Shown here one piece after another: positions 20,646 to 30,920 of a DNA stretch of 64,000 nt. Numbering within the stretch: position 1 is the stretch's first letter; every line of letters starts with the position of its first letter. The translations under genes were made by a program, and so were the position numbers. The notes beneath the pieces are model-generated. The model was not told the origin of the DNA, made no database searches, and saw only the letters and a program-made list of their open reading frames with translations. Location: the NCBI GenBank assembly GCA_965238175.1, contig CBDEGZ010000003.1:2784001-2848000 (forward strand), written 5' to 3'. This stretch comes from Gammaproteobacteria bacterium. GTDB taxonomy: Bacteria; Pseudomonadota; Gammaproteobacteria; CAJXQU01.

Positions 20646-21552
20646 TTTCGTCAATGAATTCTGGAATTGGTTTGTCATTGTTCTAACCGTGTTAAGCATG
20701 ATTGCATGTTGGTGGTTGGTGATTAGCCAATCTAAGAAAGGCCAAAAACCGTTGACAGGTGAGGTTAAATCTACCGGTCATATCTGGGATGAAGATCTGC
20801 AGGAACTAAATAATCCTCTGCCCAGATGGTGGTTGTATTTATTTTACATTACGCTTTATTTTGGATCGGCTTACCTTATTCTTTATCCAGGTTTAGGCGC
20901 TTTCCAGGGCTTATTGGGCTGGAGTCAGCTTAAAGAATACCAAGAAGAAATTACAAAAGCTGAAAATTCCTATGGTCCGATCTTCAACAAATTTGTTGAT
21001 CAGGATTTAAACATCGTCGCAAACGATCCTGAAGCACGCGAAATTGGTAAACGTTTATTTTCAACTTATTGCACACAATGTCATGGTTCCGATGCGAGGG
21101 GAGCAAGGGGTTATCCAAATCTCATCGATAATGATTCTCTGTACGGCCATGATCCAGAAACGATCAAAACGTCAATTATGAAAGGTCGCAATGGTGTAAT
21201 GCCAGCCTGGAAACAAATTCTGGGTAACGAAGGTCTTTTCAATGTAACCGCTTATATTCAATCTTTTAGAGGCAAAGAAGCCGATCTTGTCACTGTCGCT
21301 AAAGGTAAAGATATCTTTTCCAAAAACTGCGCCGCCTGCCACGGAGCAGATGCAACAGGTATTCAAGCATTGGGGGCTCCAAATTTAATAGATGATATTT
21401 GGTTATATGGTGGTTCAAACAAAAGAATCATGGAATCCATCGCCCAAGGACGCCAAGGGCAAATGCCACCCCATAGTGAATTCCTCGGTGAAGCAAAAGT
21501 GCACTTACTCGCTGCATATGTCTATTGGTTATCTACTAACACTGATCCATAA
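20638..21552 (+). CDS. ccoP: cbb3 oxidase subunit III (diheme)
   Basis: TGHIWDE, NNPLPRWW, CTQCH and CAACH. Confidence 0.96.
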   Translation: MADFVNEFWNWFVIVLTVLSMIACWWLVISQSKKGQKPLTGEVKSTGHIWDEDLQELNNPLPRWWLYLFYITLYFGSAYLILYPGLGAFQGLLGWSQLKEYQEEITKAENSYGPIFNKFVDQDLNIVANDPEAREIGKRLFSTYCTQCHGSDARGARGYPNLIDNDSLYGHDPETIKTSIMKGRNGVMPAWKQILGNEGLFNVTAYIQSFRGKEADLVTVAKGKDIFSKNCAACHGADATGIQALGAPNLIDDIWLYGGSNKRIMESIAQGRQGQMPPHSEFLGEAKVHLLAAYVYWLSTNTDP

Positions 21553-21580
21553 ACAATATTAAGACATTCGAGTGATATAA

Positions 21581-21844
21581 ATGATTGAAGACGATGCAGA
21601 ACAAAGCCATCAATTATCTAAGACTAAACGCGTCATTGTCATTTTTTGGTTGTCCTATCTTATGGCCGGGATCGCAACAGGTGTATTTTTTTCGGCCATC
21701 GATCCAGAGGTTTTAAAATCTTGTGTGAGTTTCCCCGAGATAAGTCGAATGGGAGCTTACTCAATTGGCTTTTTCTTATTCTGGTTACTAACTTCCTCAA
21801 CTTGTGTGCTTGCAGATTTCATCCTCAGCCCTAAAAGAAAATGA
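21581..21844 (+). CDS. Small 2-TM protein between ccoP and ccoG
   Basis: FWLSYLMAG.ATGVFFSAIDP...SRMGAYSIGFFLFW; overlaps the ccoG start. Confidence 0.75.
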   Translation: MIEDDAEQSHQLSKTKRVIVIFWLSYLMAGIATGVFFSAIDPEVLKSCVSFPEISRMGAYSIGFFLFWLLTSSTCVLADFILSPKRK

Positions 21845-23250
21845 ATAAAATTGATCCTGTAAAGGAAATACATCTTGATTCTGATGTCGCGCAATCACTC
21901 TACGCTAAAAGAAAAAAGATCCATCCGCGTGAGGTTCATGGAATTTTTGCACAACTACGAGTAGCGGCTGTTTTTGCATTACTAGGTCTGTTCTATGGTC
22001 TACCCTGGCTACAGTGGGATGGTCGTCAAGCTGTATTACTGGATCTTCCCGCCAGAAAGTTCCACATATTTGGTTTGACCTTATGGCCACAAGATTTTTT
22101 GTTACTGACTTTGTTATTAATTATTGCCGGACTTAGTCTGTTCTTTTTCACCACACTCGCAGGTCGCTTATGGTGTGGTTATGCTTGCCCACAAACAGTT
22201 TGGACAGAAGTATTTTTAACGATAGAACGTTGGGTTGAGGGTGACAGGGCAAAACAGATTAAGCTCGATAAAGCACCAATGTCGGTAAAAAAGTTTCGCA
22301 TTAAGGCAACAAAACATACTGCATGGATACTATTTTCTGCCTTTACCGGCTTCACATTTGTAGCCTATTTCACATCACTTAGAGATCTTGCAGCAAATCT
22401 TACCGTTTTTTCGCTGGGTCCCTGGGAAACATTCTGGATCATCTTTTACGGATTCGCCACTTATGGGAATGCTGGCTGGATGCGCGAACAAGTATGCTTA
22501 CATATGTGTCCCTACGCCCGCTTCCAAAGCGCTATGTTTGATAGTGACACTTTGATCATTTCTTACAATCAAGACAGAGGCGAACCTCGCGGTGCTAGAA
22601 AAAGAAGTGATGATCATAAAGAGCTGGGGTTAGGAGACTGCATTGGTTGTACCATGTGTGTACAGGTCTGTCCGACCGGAATTGATATTCGTGATGGTCT
22701 GCAATATGAGTGTATCGGCTGTTCGGCCTGTATAGACGTCTGCAATGACGTTATGAATAAAGTGGGTTATGAAAAAGACCTGATCGCTTACACCACACAA
22801 AATAGTGTTGATGGAAAACCTTCAAAAATAATCCGTCCTCGTATCATTATTTATGCATTAATCTTAGCAGGTTTAATCGGCACATTAACTTATCTCCTCG
22901 CGACTCGAGTTCCGTTACAACTTGATATAATTCGTGATCGAAATGCGTTATTTAGAGAAACTAATGAAGGCCTGATCGAAAATGTTTATACACTGAAATT
23001 GATCAATATGGATGATTATGCACACGACTTTACCCTGACAACCAGAGGCCTCAATGGCCTTGAATTAATTATCGAACATGAAAACATCTTTGTGAAAGGA
23101 GGAAATGTTGTCGATCTCCCTGTTCGATTAAGAGTGGATGAAACAGATCTGAAACAACACAGTTCAACGATTTATTTTAATCTAACTGCAAAAGATAACC
23201 CTGAATTAAATGTCACTGAAGAAGGACGATTTCTAGGACCAAGAAAATGA
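21841..23250 (+). CDS. ccoG: cbb3 accessory protein (4Fe-4S, cupric reductase)
   Basis: GRLWCGYACPQT, CPYARFQS, CIGCTMCVQVCPTGIDIR. Confidence 0.96.
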   Translation: MNKIDPVKEIHLDSDVAQSLYAKRKKIHPREVHGIFAQLRVAAVFALLGLFYGLPWLQWDGRQAVLLDLPARKFHIFGLTLWPQDFLLLTLLLIIAGLSLFFFTTLAGRLWCGYACPQTVWTEVFLTIERWVEGDRAKQIKLDKAPMSVKKFRIKATKHTAWILFSAFTGFTFVAYFTSLRDLAANLTVFSLGPWETFWIIFYGFATYGNAGWMREQVCLHMCPYARFQSAMFDSDTLIISYNQDRGEPRGARKRSDDHKELGLGDCIGCTMCVQVCPTGIDIRDGLQYECIGCSACIDVCNDVMNKVGYEKDLIAYTTQNSVDGKPSKIIRPRIIIYALILAGLIGTLTYLLATRVPLQLDIIRDRNALFRETNEGLIENVYTLKLINMDDYAHDFTLTTRGLNGLELIIEHENIFVKGGNVVDLPVRLRVDETDLKQHSSTIYFNLTAKDNPELNVTEEGRFLGPRK

Positions 23251-23711
23251 TAAAAGATAGAACAAACTGGTATCAAAACCCTTATGTCTGGCTGATAATT
23301 TTTTTCCCTTTATCAGCCGTTGTCGCTGGAATTATTACCATAAAACTGGCCATCACCTCTGATGATGGTCTAGTCATAGATGATTATTACAAAGAAGGGT
23401 TAAAAATTAATCAGGTTCTTGAACGAGATAGAACTGCCCAACAAATGGAATTGATTGCAACAATCAACATGGAACACGATACTCAAAAAGTTAAGCTTTT
23501 ATTATCTGCCCGTAAAGAGTTTCTATATCCCTCAAAAATTCAAGTCACCTTTATGAACAAAACTCGCAAAGGTTATGATAAAAAATTACAAGCCATTCGA
23601 ACACCCGCTGGCTTTTATGAAGCACCTTTACCGGAACTGATCCGAGGTATGTGGTATGTACAAATTGAGAGTGATAACTGGCGTCTGATTAATTCTGTTA
23701 CAACCAACTGA
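23247..23711 (+). CDS. ccoH: FixH-family cbb3 assembly protein
   Basis: WYQNPYVWLII, LVIDDYYKEG..IN. Confidence 0.88.
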   Translation: MIKDRTNWYQNPYVWLIIFFPLSAVVAGIITIKLAITSDDGLVIDDYYKEGLKINQVLERDRTAQQMELIATINMEHDTQKVKLLLSARKEFLYPSKIQVTFMNKTRKGYDKKLQAIRTPAGFYEAPLPELIRGMWYVQIESDNWRLINSVTTN

Positions 23712-23770
23712 TCAGTCACTAATTGTTCAATCATTTGGCCACTCCAGCACTAACTATTTTGGCCGTTTAA

Positions 23771-26335
23771 TTAGGTGACAAACTCGCCATCCCCAAGTGG
23801 TTTAAATCGAACGATCAAAACTGATAACAACGTCATATTTGCAAATAGTGCACACAACATTGAGAAACCTGTCAGAAGCCCAAAGTAGATAGTTGGAATA
23901 AAATTCGAGAAGGCCAAAATCGAAAACCCTAATGTGATTGTGATCGATGTGTAGTACATCGCACGACCAATCGTACTGTGACTTTGTCTGGCCGCATTCC
24001 AATAATCAGGATTTTTTTCGTACTCTTCCATAAACCGATAAACATAATGGATCGTGTCGTGAACAGCTATCCCGATACAAATTGCAGCGATCGTAATCGT
24101 CATCATATCCAATGGGATTTTCAACCAACCCATCAAGCCCAAAACCATTCCTGCAGAGATCATATTAGGAATAATGGCGAGTATAGCGACTTTAAAATTA
24201 CGGAATAAAATGGCGAACATAATCATAATCGCGATAAACACAACACCAATCGTCAAGATTTGCGAACGAAACAAACTCTGTAACATATTGTTGTACAGAA
24301 CAATCATCCCGGTGATTTTAATCTGATCCTCTTCGAGACCAAAATCATTTTTTAGATCATGCCGAATTCTGGTTAATAATTCTTCGCGTTTGAGTGTTGC
24401 GTCTGTTTCAAAAACGCGAATTCCGAATCGTAATTGATTACCATCCTCTGACATATACGGATCAATTAATTGTTCTTTAACCACCTCTGGAAGCTGCTTA
24501 TAAAGAATCGCGAGTTCAAAATCATTAGTCAAAATATTTTCATCCAGACTTTCAAGCATTCTGAATGTTGTTGTCAAAGAAAGTACTTTGCCCGTCTCTC
24601 TTAAACTATCAAGATAGTCATGTATCTTGGCAATGTCATTTAACATATAACTTTTGAACCAATAACTTGATCCAGTTATCCCAATATCAGAACTGTCTTC
24701 TTCGAATTCGTCCGCAAACTCATCTTCGAATTCATCCTCTTCATCACTAAAAAGATCATCGTTTTCTTCATCTGCGAATTCTGGATCAAATTCTTCGATC
24801 TCTTCTTCAAAAAAACTTTTAGGTGCATCAAGAATAATATCCAAAGGGGTTGTGCCGCCAAGTCGTTTATCAATTAATTCCATACCTTGATAAATCTCAG
24901 TGGAATCTTTGTAGTAATCAATAAATCTATTTTCAACCGTCAACTTGGTAATTCCCCAAACACTTACCACTGCAAGTGCTAGGTAGAAAAACAGTATCAG
25001 ACCACCATGCTTTTCATTGTTACTAGCAAAAAACTGGGTAATTCCCGCAGTGAAATCATTGTCGCCAGATAGTTTTTCTCGATCAAAAAGTACCAATGCT
25101 GCCGGGAATAAAGTAAACGCAATAATTTGAGCAACGACAATTCCTATCACCATCATCCAACCAAAATCGATAACGGGTCGAATACCACTGACTAATAATG
25201 ATCCAAACGCAACCATTGTCGTGAGTGAAGTATAAAGACATGGGTTTGTTTTACTTTTGATCGTTTCAAGAATTAACTCGCGTTGAGAAAGCGTAGAATT
25301 TTCCCTGAGTAATTCCCTATAGCGCACAATCAAATGCACCATTAATGAAAGCGTCAAGATTAATAACAGCGAAACAAAGTTTGAAGAAACGACTGTCACT
25401 GGCCAATCCAACATGCCAAGTATTCCCACCATAGTGACCCCAGCCGTCACACAAGTCAGCATCGATAGCACAACCCAGCGAGCACGACCAAAAATTATAC
25501 TGAGAATAATGATCAAAAATACCAGAATTCCAACACCAAAGGTCACCAGATCATGTCGAACAAAGTCAACTGAGTCGCTGGAAATCATTGGTACGCCACC
25601 TAGGAAAAGACTCGCAGAATCTCTATGTTCATCCATAATCGAGCGAACTTGTTTTATGTCTTTTGCCGATTGTGTCTGTAGCGATGCATTGTGAGCGTCA
25701 AACTGTTTAACCACGTTTTTCAGTGATTCATTTTCCTGCTCTGTTAGCTCACTTTCTATGCGTTTAGCAAAAAGTGCATCACGTTGTTCAAGCAATTTTT
25801 TCCACTCTTCATCATGTTTAAACAAAATCTGTAAAGCCGTTGTTTTACCATCTGCACTGATCAAAAGTTCTTTATAGAGAGGACTTTCAAGAAATTCTTT
25901 TTTAGCTAAAGTGCGATCTGCTTTTGGACTTTCGAGCGTTAAAATTTCTTCAGCCAATTCAGAGAAAGTAACCGGTGGGCTCTTAATCAGTGGCACATCA
26001 AGTAAACTGGTTACGGAATCAACACGTTCAATTGTTTTTAACTTATCACGTAAACTTTTTAGATCATTCAACACCTCGTCAGAGAACATTTCCAACCCTT
26101 CGTTTGGTGTATAGGTAACAAATAAACCATCATCCGAACCATAGATCGCTTTTATCGAACGATAGTATTTTAATGATTGATCATTTTCCAAAACCAGCGT
26201 ATCAGCAGATGCATCCAATCGAAAATCAGGAACATGGCGTACAAAACTAAATACAATCAAAAACACAACCAACAACGTAATGATCGGATGACCTAAAATG
26301 ATTCGGTCATAGGCTTTTATAAGAAATGATGTCAT
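23771..26335 (-). CDS. MMPL/RND-family exporter
   Basis: Two TM bundles; LDASADTL, TSLTTMVAFGSL, GIAVHDTIHY; long acidic loop. Confidence 0.88.
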   Translation of the reverse strand: MTSFLIKAYDRIILGHPIITLLVVFLIVFSFVRHVPDFRLDASADTLVLENDQSLKYYRSIKAIYGSDDGLFVTYTPNEGLEMFSDEVLNDLKSLRDKLKTIERVDSVTSLLDVPLIKSPPVTFSELAEEILTLESPKADRTLAKKEFLESPLYKELLISADGKTTALQILFKHDEEWKKLLEQRDALFAKRIESELTEQENESLKNVVKQFDAHNASLQTQSAKDIKQVRSIMDEHRDSASLFLGGVPMISSDSVDFVRHDLVTFGVGILVFLIIILSIIFGRARWVVLSMLTCVTAGVTMVGILGMLDWPVTVVSSNFVSLLLILTLSLMVHLIVRYRELLRENSTLSQRELILETIKSKTNPCLYTSLTTMVAFGSLLVSGIRPVIDFGWMMVIGIVVAQIIAFTLFPAALVLFDREKLSGDNDFTAGITQFFASNNEKHGGLILFFYLALAVVSVWGITKLTVENRFIDYYKDSTEIYQGMELIDKRLGGTTPLDIILDAPKSFFEEEIEEFDPEFADEENDDLFSDEEDEFEDEFADEFEEDSSDIGITGSSYWFKSYMLNDIAKIHDYLDSLRETGKVLSLTTTFRMLESLDENILTNDFELAILYKQLPEVVKEQLIDPYMSEDGNQLRFGIRVFETDATLKREELLTRIRHDLKNDFGLEEDQIKITGMIVLYNNMLQSLFRSQILTIGVVFIAIMIMFAILFRNFKVAILAIIPNMISAGMVLGLMGWLKIPLDMMTITIAAICIGIAVHDTIHYVYRFMEEYEKNPDYWNAARQSHSTIGRAMYYTSITITLGFSILAFSNFIPTIYFGLLTGFSMLCALFANMTLLSVLIVRFKPLGDGEFVT

Positions 26336-26363
26336 TTTTATAACCTTGTTAGCTTTTAATTTT

Positions 26364-27446
26364 TTATTCTGATACCAAGTTTTGAACCTGGTCTAATAAT
26401 TGTTGACGCGCCTTTTCATCCTCACCACAAACAGTAATATGCCCAACCTTCCTACCTGCTCGCGGAGATTTACCATAACGGTGTAAATGCGCACCAGAAA
26501 TACAAAGAATTGCAGCCGTATCTGGTAACTCTCCGATCAAATTTACCATGGTTGGACAACCAATATTCTGCGTAGATCCTAAAGGTTGATCAATAACGGC
26601 ACGAATGTGATTTTCAAACTGACTGCAAATTGATCCTTCTATAGTCCAATGCCCGGAGTTGTGTACACGCGGTGCCATTTCATTAGCAAGCAGTTGCTCC
26701 CCAAGTTGAAAAAATTCAATTGCCAACACGCCAACATAATCAAGTTTTTTCAAAACTCGTCGCGCATAATCCTCAGCTAATTCTTGTACAGAGTCATTTG
26801 TCTGGCTAGTTGATAACCTAAGAATTCCTTCGCGATGAACATTTTCTGCGACGGGGTAAAATGCCATTTCACCAGAAACATTTTTTACCGCAATAATTGA
26901 AACTTCTCGATCAAATGGAACTAGTGATTCTAAAATGGCGGGTGCGTCATTAAAATCCTTCCAGACAGCGACAAGATCCGTCCCTGCTCTGAGCATTTGC
27001 TGACCTTTGCCATCATAACCCAAGGTTCGTGTTTTTAAGATTGATGGCAAACCAATTTCCTTAACGGCTTGTTGTAAAGACTCAAGACTATCGACCGTTG
27101 CAAACTCGGCTGTTCCAATACCAAGTTCACGGAACATAGTTTTCTCGTTTAACCGATCACGAGCACAAGCAAGTGCTTGAGCAGGCGGATAGACAGGACA
27201 TTTATCAGCCAAAAATTCAACGGCACTGGCAGGTACATTTTCAAACTCATAAGTAACTACGTCGACTTTTTGTGCCAATTCAGCCAGCGCTTTTTCATCG
27301 TCATAATCTGCACAAACGTGCTCAACTAACTGCGTTGAACAAGCTTCTTTAGCTGGCTCTAAAACAACAAAATCCAAACCTAATGGGTATCCTGCAATCG
27401 CCAGCATACGTGCAAGCTGACCGCCACCAATAATTCCTACCTTCAT
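26364..27446 (-). CDS. purK: N5-CAIR synthetase
   Basis: GGGQLARM, GYDGKGQ, NEMAPRVHNSGH, GRKVGH. Confidence 0.97.
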   Translation of the reverse strand: MKVGIIGGGQLARMLAIAGYPLGLDFVVLEPAKEACSTQLVEHVCADYDDEKALAELAQKVDVVTYEFENVPASAVEFLADKCPVYPPAQALACARDRLNEKTMFRELGIGTAEFATVDSLESLQQAVKEIGLPSILKTRTLGYDGKGQQMLRAGTDLVAVWKDFNDAPAILESLVPFDREVSIIAVKNVSGEMAFYPVAENVHREGILRLSTSQTNDSVQELAEDYARRVLKKLDYVGVLAIEFFQLGEQLLANEMAPRVHNSGHWTIEGSICSQFENHIRAVIDQPLGSTQNIGCPTMVNLIGELPDTAAILCISGAHLHRYGKSPRAGRKVGHITVCGEDEKARQQLLDQVQNLVSE

Positions 27447-27481
27447 TTTTATTCTTCTCTATATATTACTTTTCTATTATT

Positions 27482-27988
27482 TTACTTTTTTCTGGGATCT
27501 GGATTGTTAAGCACTTTTTCTGTTTGTTCGGAACGAAATTTTTTCAGTACCGTACGAATCTCAGGATATTTATTCCCAAGAATTGCAGCAGCCAGTAATG
27601 CCGCATTGCTTGCACCAGAATTTCCAATCGCTAACGTACCCACCGGGATCCCCGCAGGCATTTGTGCAATCGACAATAGCGAATCCATACCATTGAGTGC
27701 CTTTGATTGAACCGGAACACCAAGCACAGGGACAGGTGTTTTAGCTGCTAGCATTCCGGGTAAATGTGCTGCTCCACCAGCACCAGCAATGATTACTTCG
27801 ATGCCACGTGTTTCGGCATCTTCAGCATATTGAAATAACTTATCTGGGGTACGATGCGCAGAGACCACTTCGACCTCACAAGCAATATCCAGTGATTTCA
27901 GCATACTAACGGCACTGGTCATCGTCTCCCAATCTGAACAAGAGCCCATCACGACGCCAACCAAGGGGATTTCAGTTCCCATTTTCAC
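27482..27988 (-). CDS. purE: N5-CAIR mutase
   Basis: [29 protein letters not shown]. Confidence 0.97.
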   Translation of the reverse strand: MKMGTEIPLVGVVMGSCSDWETMTSAVSMLKSLDIACEVEVVSAHRTPDKLFQYAEDAETRGIEVIIAGAGGAAHLPGMLAAKTPVPVLGVPVQSKALNGMDSLLSIAQMPAGIPVGTLAIGNSGASNAALLAAAILGNKYPEIRTVLKKFRSEQTEKVLNNPDPRKK

Positions 27989-28034
27989 TTCTCTTTGTCA
28001 GGAAACGGCTTATTGTAAACCGAACGAGGTGAAA

Positions 28035-29255
28035 TCACGAAATCCGTTGTTGCTCAAGTAACTCTATCCAATGTAAAACTGGCACGTCGGTTTTTTGCTG
28101 TAAAAACTGCTGGCAACCAATATTAGCAGTGAGGATGACATCAGGTTGACCAAAGGTGAGATTTTTTAGCTTATTGTCCCGCAACTGTTCGGCCATTTCT
28201 GATTGTAAAATTGAATAGGTTCCCGCAGAACCACAGCAGAGATGACTCTCTTTTACTGGGCTTAATTCACAACCGATTTTCTGTAAGAGATCTTCCACTC
28301 GACCGGGCAATTTTTGCCCATGTTGTAAACTGCAAGGAGATTGAAAGACTATTTTTTGATCGCTTCTTCTGAGATTAAACGGCGATAGGTTTTCGCCTTC
28401 AATTACCTCGATCAAATCTTTGCATAAACGAGAAACCTGCGCAGCTTTTTTGGAATAACATTCATCATCTCTCAACAAATACCCGTAATCTTTTACCATC
28501 GCGCCACAACCACTGGCGGTGATCAAAATTGCCTCGACACCCGCTTCAATATGCGGCCACCAACTGTCAATATTACTTTTAATATGAACCATTGCATCAT
28601 CAAACTGGGATAGATGTTGATTGATCGCACCACAACAACCAGCTTCTTTTTCATTAATCAGAAAAATCCCTAATGCTGCAAGCACATTTGCTGCCGCAGT
28701 ATTAATCGAAGGTGATAATACAGGTTGCACACAACCGTCCAGGATCAACATTTTTCTTTGCTGTTTTATCACCGGCCAATTTGTTTGCTGTTGTTTGGTT
28801 GGAATTATTTCTGCAATTTTTTCAGGTAAGACAGGTCGGAAAAACTGACCTAGTCTAACTAAACTCGCAAAATAGTTTTGCCTGGGTAAAATTTTCCCCA
28901 GTAATGATCTAATAATTCTGTCTTTAAGAGATCGTGGCGTTTCTTTCTTACTCAACTGTCGTCCTATATCAAGTAAATGCCCATACTCAACACCAGAGGG
29001 ACACGTCGTTTCACATGCTCTACAGCTTAAACATCGATCAAGGTGCAACTGCGTTTCTTCGGTTGCTTTATTTCCTTCAAGCAAATTTTTGATCAAATAA
29101 ATTCGACCACGCGGCCCATCTAATTCATCACCCTTAATTTGATAGGTTGGGCAGGTTGCAGAACAAAAACCACAATGCACACACTTGCGTAAAATACGAT
29201 CCGCTTCAATCCCTTGCGGTGAATTTCTAATCTGTTCTGGAATAAACGTTTGCAT
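28035..29255 (-). CDS. glcF: Glycolate oxidase iron-sulfur subunit
   Basis: CVHCGFCSATCPTY, CLSCRACETTCPSG, CCG domains. Confidence 0.95.
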   Translation of the reverse strand: MQTFIPEQIRNSPQGIEADRILRKCVHCGFCSATCPTYQIKGDELDGPRGRIYLIKNLLEGNKATEETQLHLDRCLSCRACETTCPSGVEYGHLLDIGRQLSKKETPRSLKDRIIRSLLGKILPRQNYFASLVRLGQFFRPVLPEKIAEIIPTKQQQTNWPVIKQQRKMLILDGCVQPVLSPSINTAAANVLAALGIFLINEKEAGCCGAINQHLSQFDDAMVHIKSNIDSWWPHIEAGVEAILITASGCGAMVKDYGYLLRDDECYSKKAAQVSRLCKDLIEVIEGENLSPFNLRRSDQKIVFQSPCSLQHGQKLPGRVEDLLQKIGCELSPVKESHLCCGSAGTYSILQSEMAEQLRDNKLKNLTFGQPDVILTANIGCQQFLQQKTDVPVLHWIELLEQQRIS

Positions 29256-30394
29256 TAAAAATCCTTGTACATTTTCCCAATATTAAAAATCCCATCAGGA
29301 TCAAAAGATTGTTTTAATCGGTGATGGATCTTTTTGATTTCTGGAGACAACGGTGAAAAAACATCGATCTGTTCATTCTTATTCGATGTAAGCTTCGAGT
29401 TAGATCTAAACAAAGTCGCATGCCCTTTATACTTTAATGCTCGACGGCGGATTTCTTCAACCGAAAGTTCTCCCTTCGAACTGATAAAATACCAACGTTG
29501 TGCTCCACCCCAATCGACAAAACAATCCTCGTTAAAATCGAGTACCTCAGATGCTGGTGGAACGCTTATTCGCCATAGTGATTTTTGATCATTTTGTGTA
29601 GAAAAAAATGGATGTTGTTGCTCTTTAACTGAATGCCAGAAAACATCTGCATTTTCCATCAATTGCCCACCAATTTTTTCATGTGCAGATTTCAACGCAG
29701 AAGGAAAACCAGACAAACGCAGGCTCAAAATTCCATCCACATGACAAGCTGCAGAAAGGGGTAACGGCTGGCCAGCGAGCTGGTTCATAATTTTAAGTGC
29801 TTGCGCTTGATCGCATTCCTGTTGAATAGTGATCTCCGCTTCAGGCTTGGGCAATAATTTTATCGAGACTTCTAAAATAATCCCTAAGGTACCCAGCGCG
29901 CCAGTCATTAATCTTGATACATCAAAACCGGCAACGTTTTTCATTACCTGACCACCGAAAGTTAAATCTTCACCCTTTCCATTGATCATTCTCACACCCA
30001 GAACAAAATCTCTGACGCTGCCCGAGTAAGGTCTAATGGGTCCAGAAAGTCCGCACGCTATCGTGCCTCCAATCGTGGCTGTCTCCGCAAAATGTGGAGG
30101 TTCAAATGGCAGCATCTGATATTGATCTGCCAGGACAGACTCAATATCTCTCAGTGGAGTGCCGCAACGTGCAGTGAGCACAAGCTCCGTCGGTTCATAA
30201 CTAACGACACCCTGATAACCTGAAACAGCTAATTCCTGACCTTCTAAACTGTGATCTATACTCTGGCCATAAAAAAACTTCGAATTACCACCAACTATTT
30301 TGATCGGTGATTTATCTGCCACCGCTTGTTGAACTGCGTTTAAAATTGATGAAACTTCTGTATAACGACTGGGTGATGAATTTGATGGTGACAT
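29255..30394 (-). CDS. glcE: Glycolate oxidase FAD-binding subunit
   Basis: YEPTELV, MLPFEPP, GGQVMKNVAGFDVSRL, DWGGAQRW, FDPDGIFN. Confidence 0.93.
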   Translation of the reverse strand: MSPSNSSPSRYTEVSSILNAVQQAVADKSPIKIVGGNSKFFYGQSIDHSLEGQELAVSGYQGVVSYEPTELVLTARCGTPLRDIESVLADQYQMLPFEPPHFAETATIGGTIACGLSGPIRPYSGSVRDFVLGVRMINGKGEDLTFGGQVMKNVAGFDVSRLMTGALGTLGIILEVSIKLLPKPEAEITIQQECDQAQALKIMNQLAGQPLPLSAACHVDGILSLRLSGFPSALKSAHEKIGGQLMENADVFWHSVKEQQHPFFSTQNDQKSLWRISVPPASEVLDFNEDCFVDWGGAQRWYFISSKGELSVEEIRRRALKYKGHATLFRSNSKLTSNKNEQIDVFSPLSPEIKKIHHRLKQSFDPDGIFNIGKMYKDF

Positions 30395-30448
30395 AATGAA
30401 AGGATTATCTCATTCATCAGGTAAAAAACCCAAGCTCATGTGCAAGGC

Positions 30449-30479
30449 AAAAAAAGCCCATCAATGAAAGATGGGCTTT
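30449..30479 (-). terminator. Intrinsic terminator after the DUF2853 gene
   Basis: AAAGCCCATC...GATGGGCTTT stem with an A7 tract. Confidence 0.75.
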
Positions 30480-30504
30480 GTATATACTTCTAAGCGGTCA
30501 AAAT

Positions 30505-30822
30505 TTAAAGATCGCCTAATACACCATAATTTTCAGCTAATAAATAATAAAAACATACACGACATTTGCTCGGATTACTGCGACCCATTTTTTCAACCAC
30601 GTCATCTATCGCAGCATTTAAATCATCATCACTTTCTGTCCGGCCAAGTTTCTTTTTCAACCAACTTTCGCGAACACGATCTAACTCTTTTTGGTCAGTT
30701 CCAGAAACCAGTGAAGAATCCTTACTACGCAATGCAATACCAAGATGTTTAACTATCTTTGCAACCGCATCTTCATCAACGTTGTTAGTATATTTTGCTA
30801 ACTTTTCGCCATAATCACTCAT
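30505..30822 (-). CDS. DUF2853-family protein
   Basis: HLGIAL...DSSLVS.TD.KELDRVRE.WLKKKLG...RVCFYYLL. Confidence 0.85.
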   Translation of the reverse strand: MSDYGEKLAKYTNNVDEDAVAKIVKHLGIALRSKDSSLVSGTDQKELDRVRESWLKKKLGRTESDDDLNAAIDDVVEKMGRSNPSKCRVCFYYLLAENYGVLGDL

Positions 30823-30920
30823 TAGTGCTCCTCCTCAGTTTTATTTTTTTAAGACAAGCAGAATACTACCATAAACTATTGACCATGTTCATAATTTAGA
30901 TTTTCCTGTGTTAGTAAACA

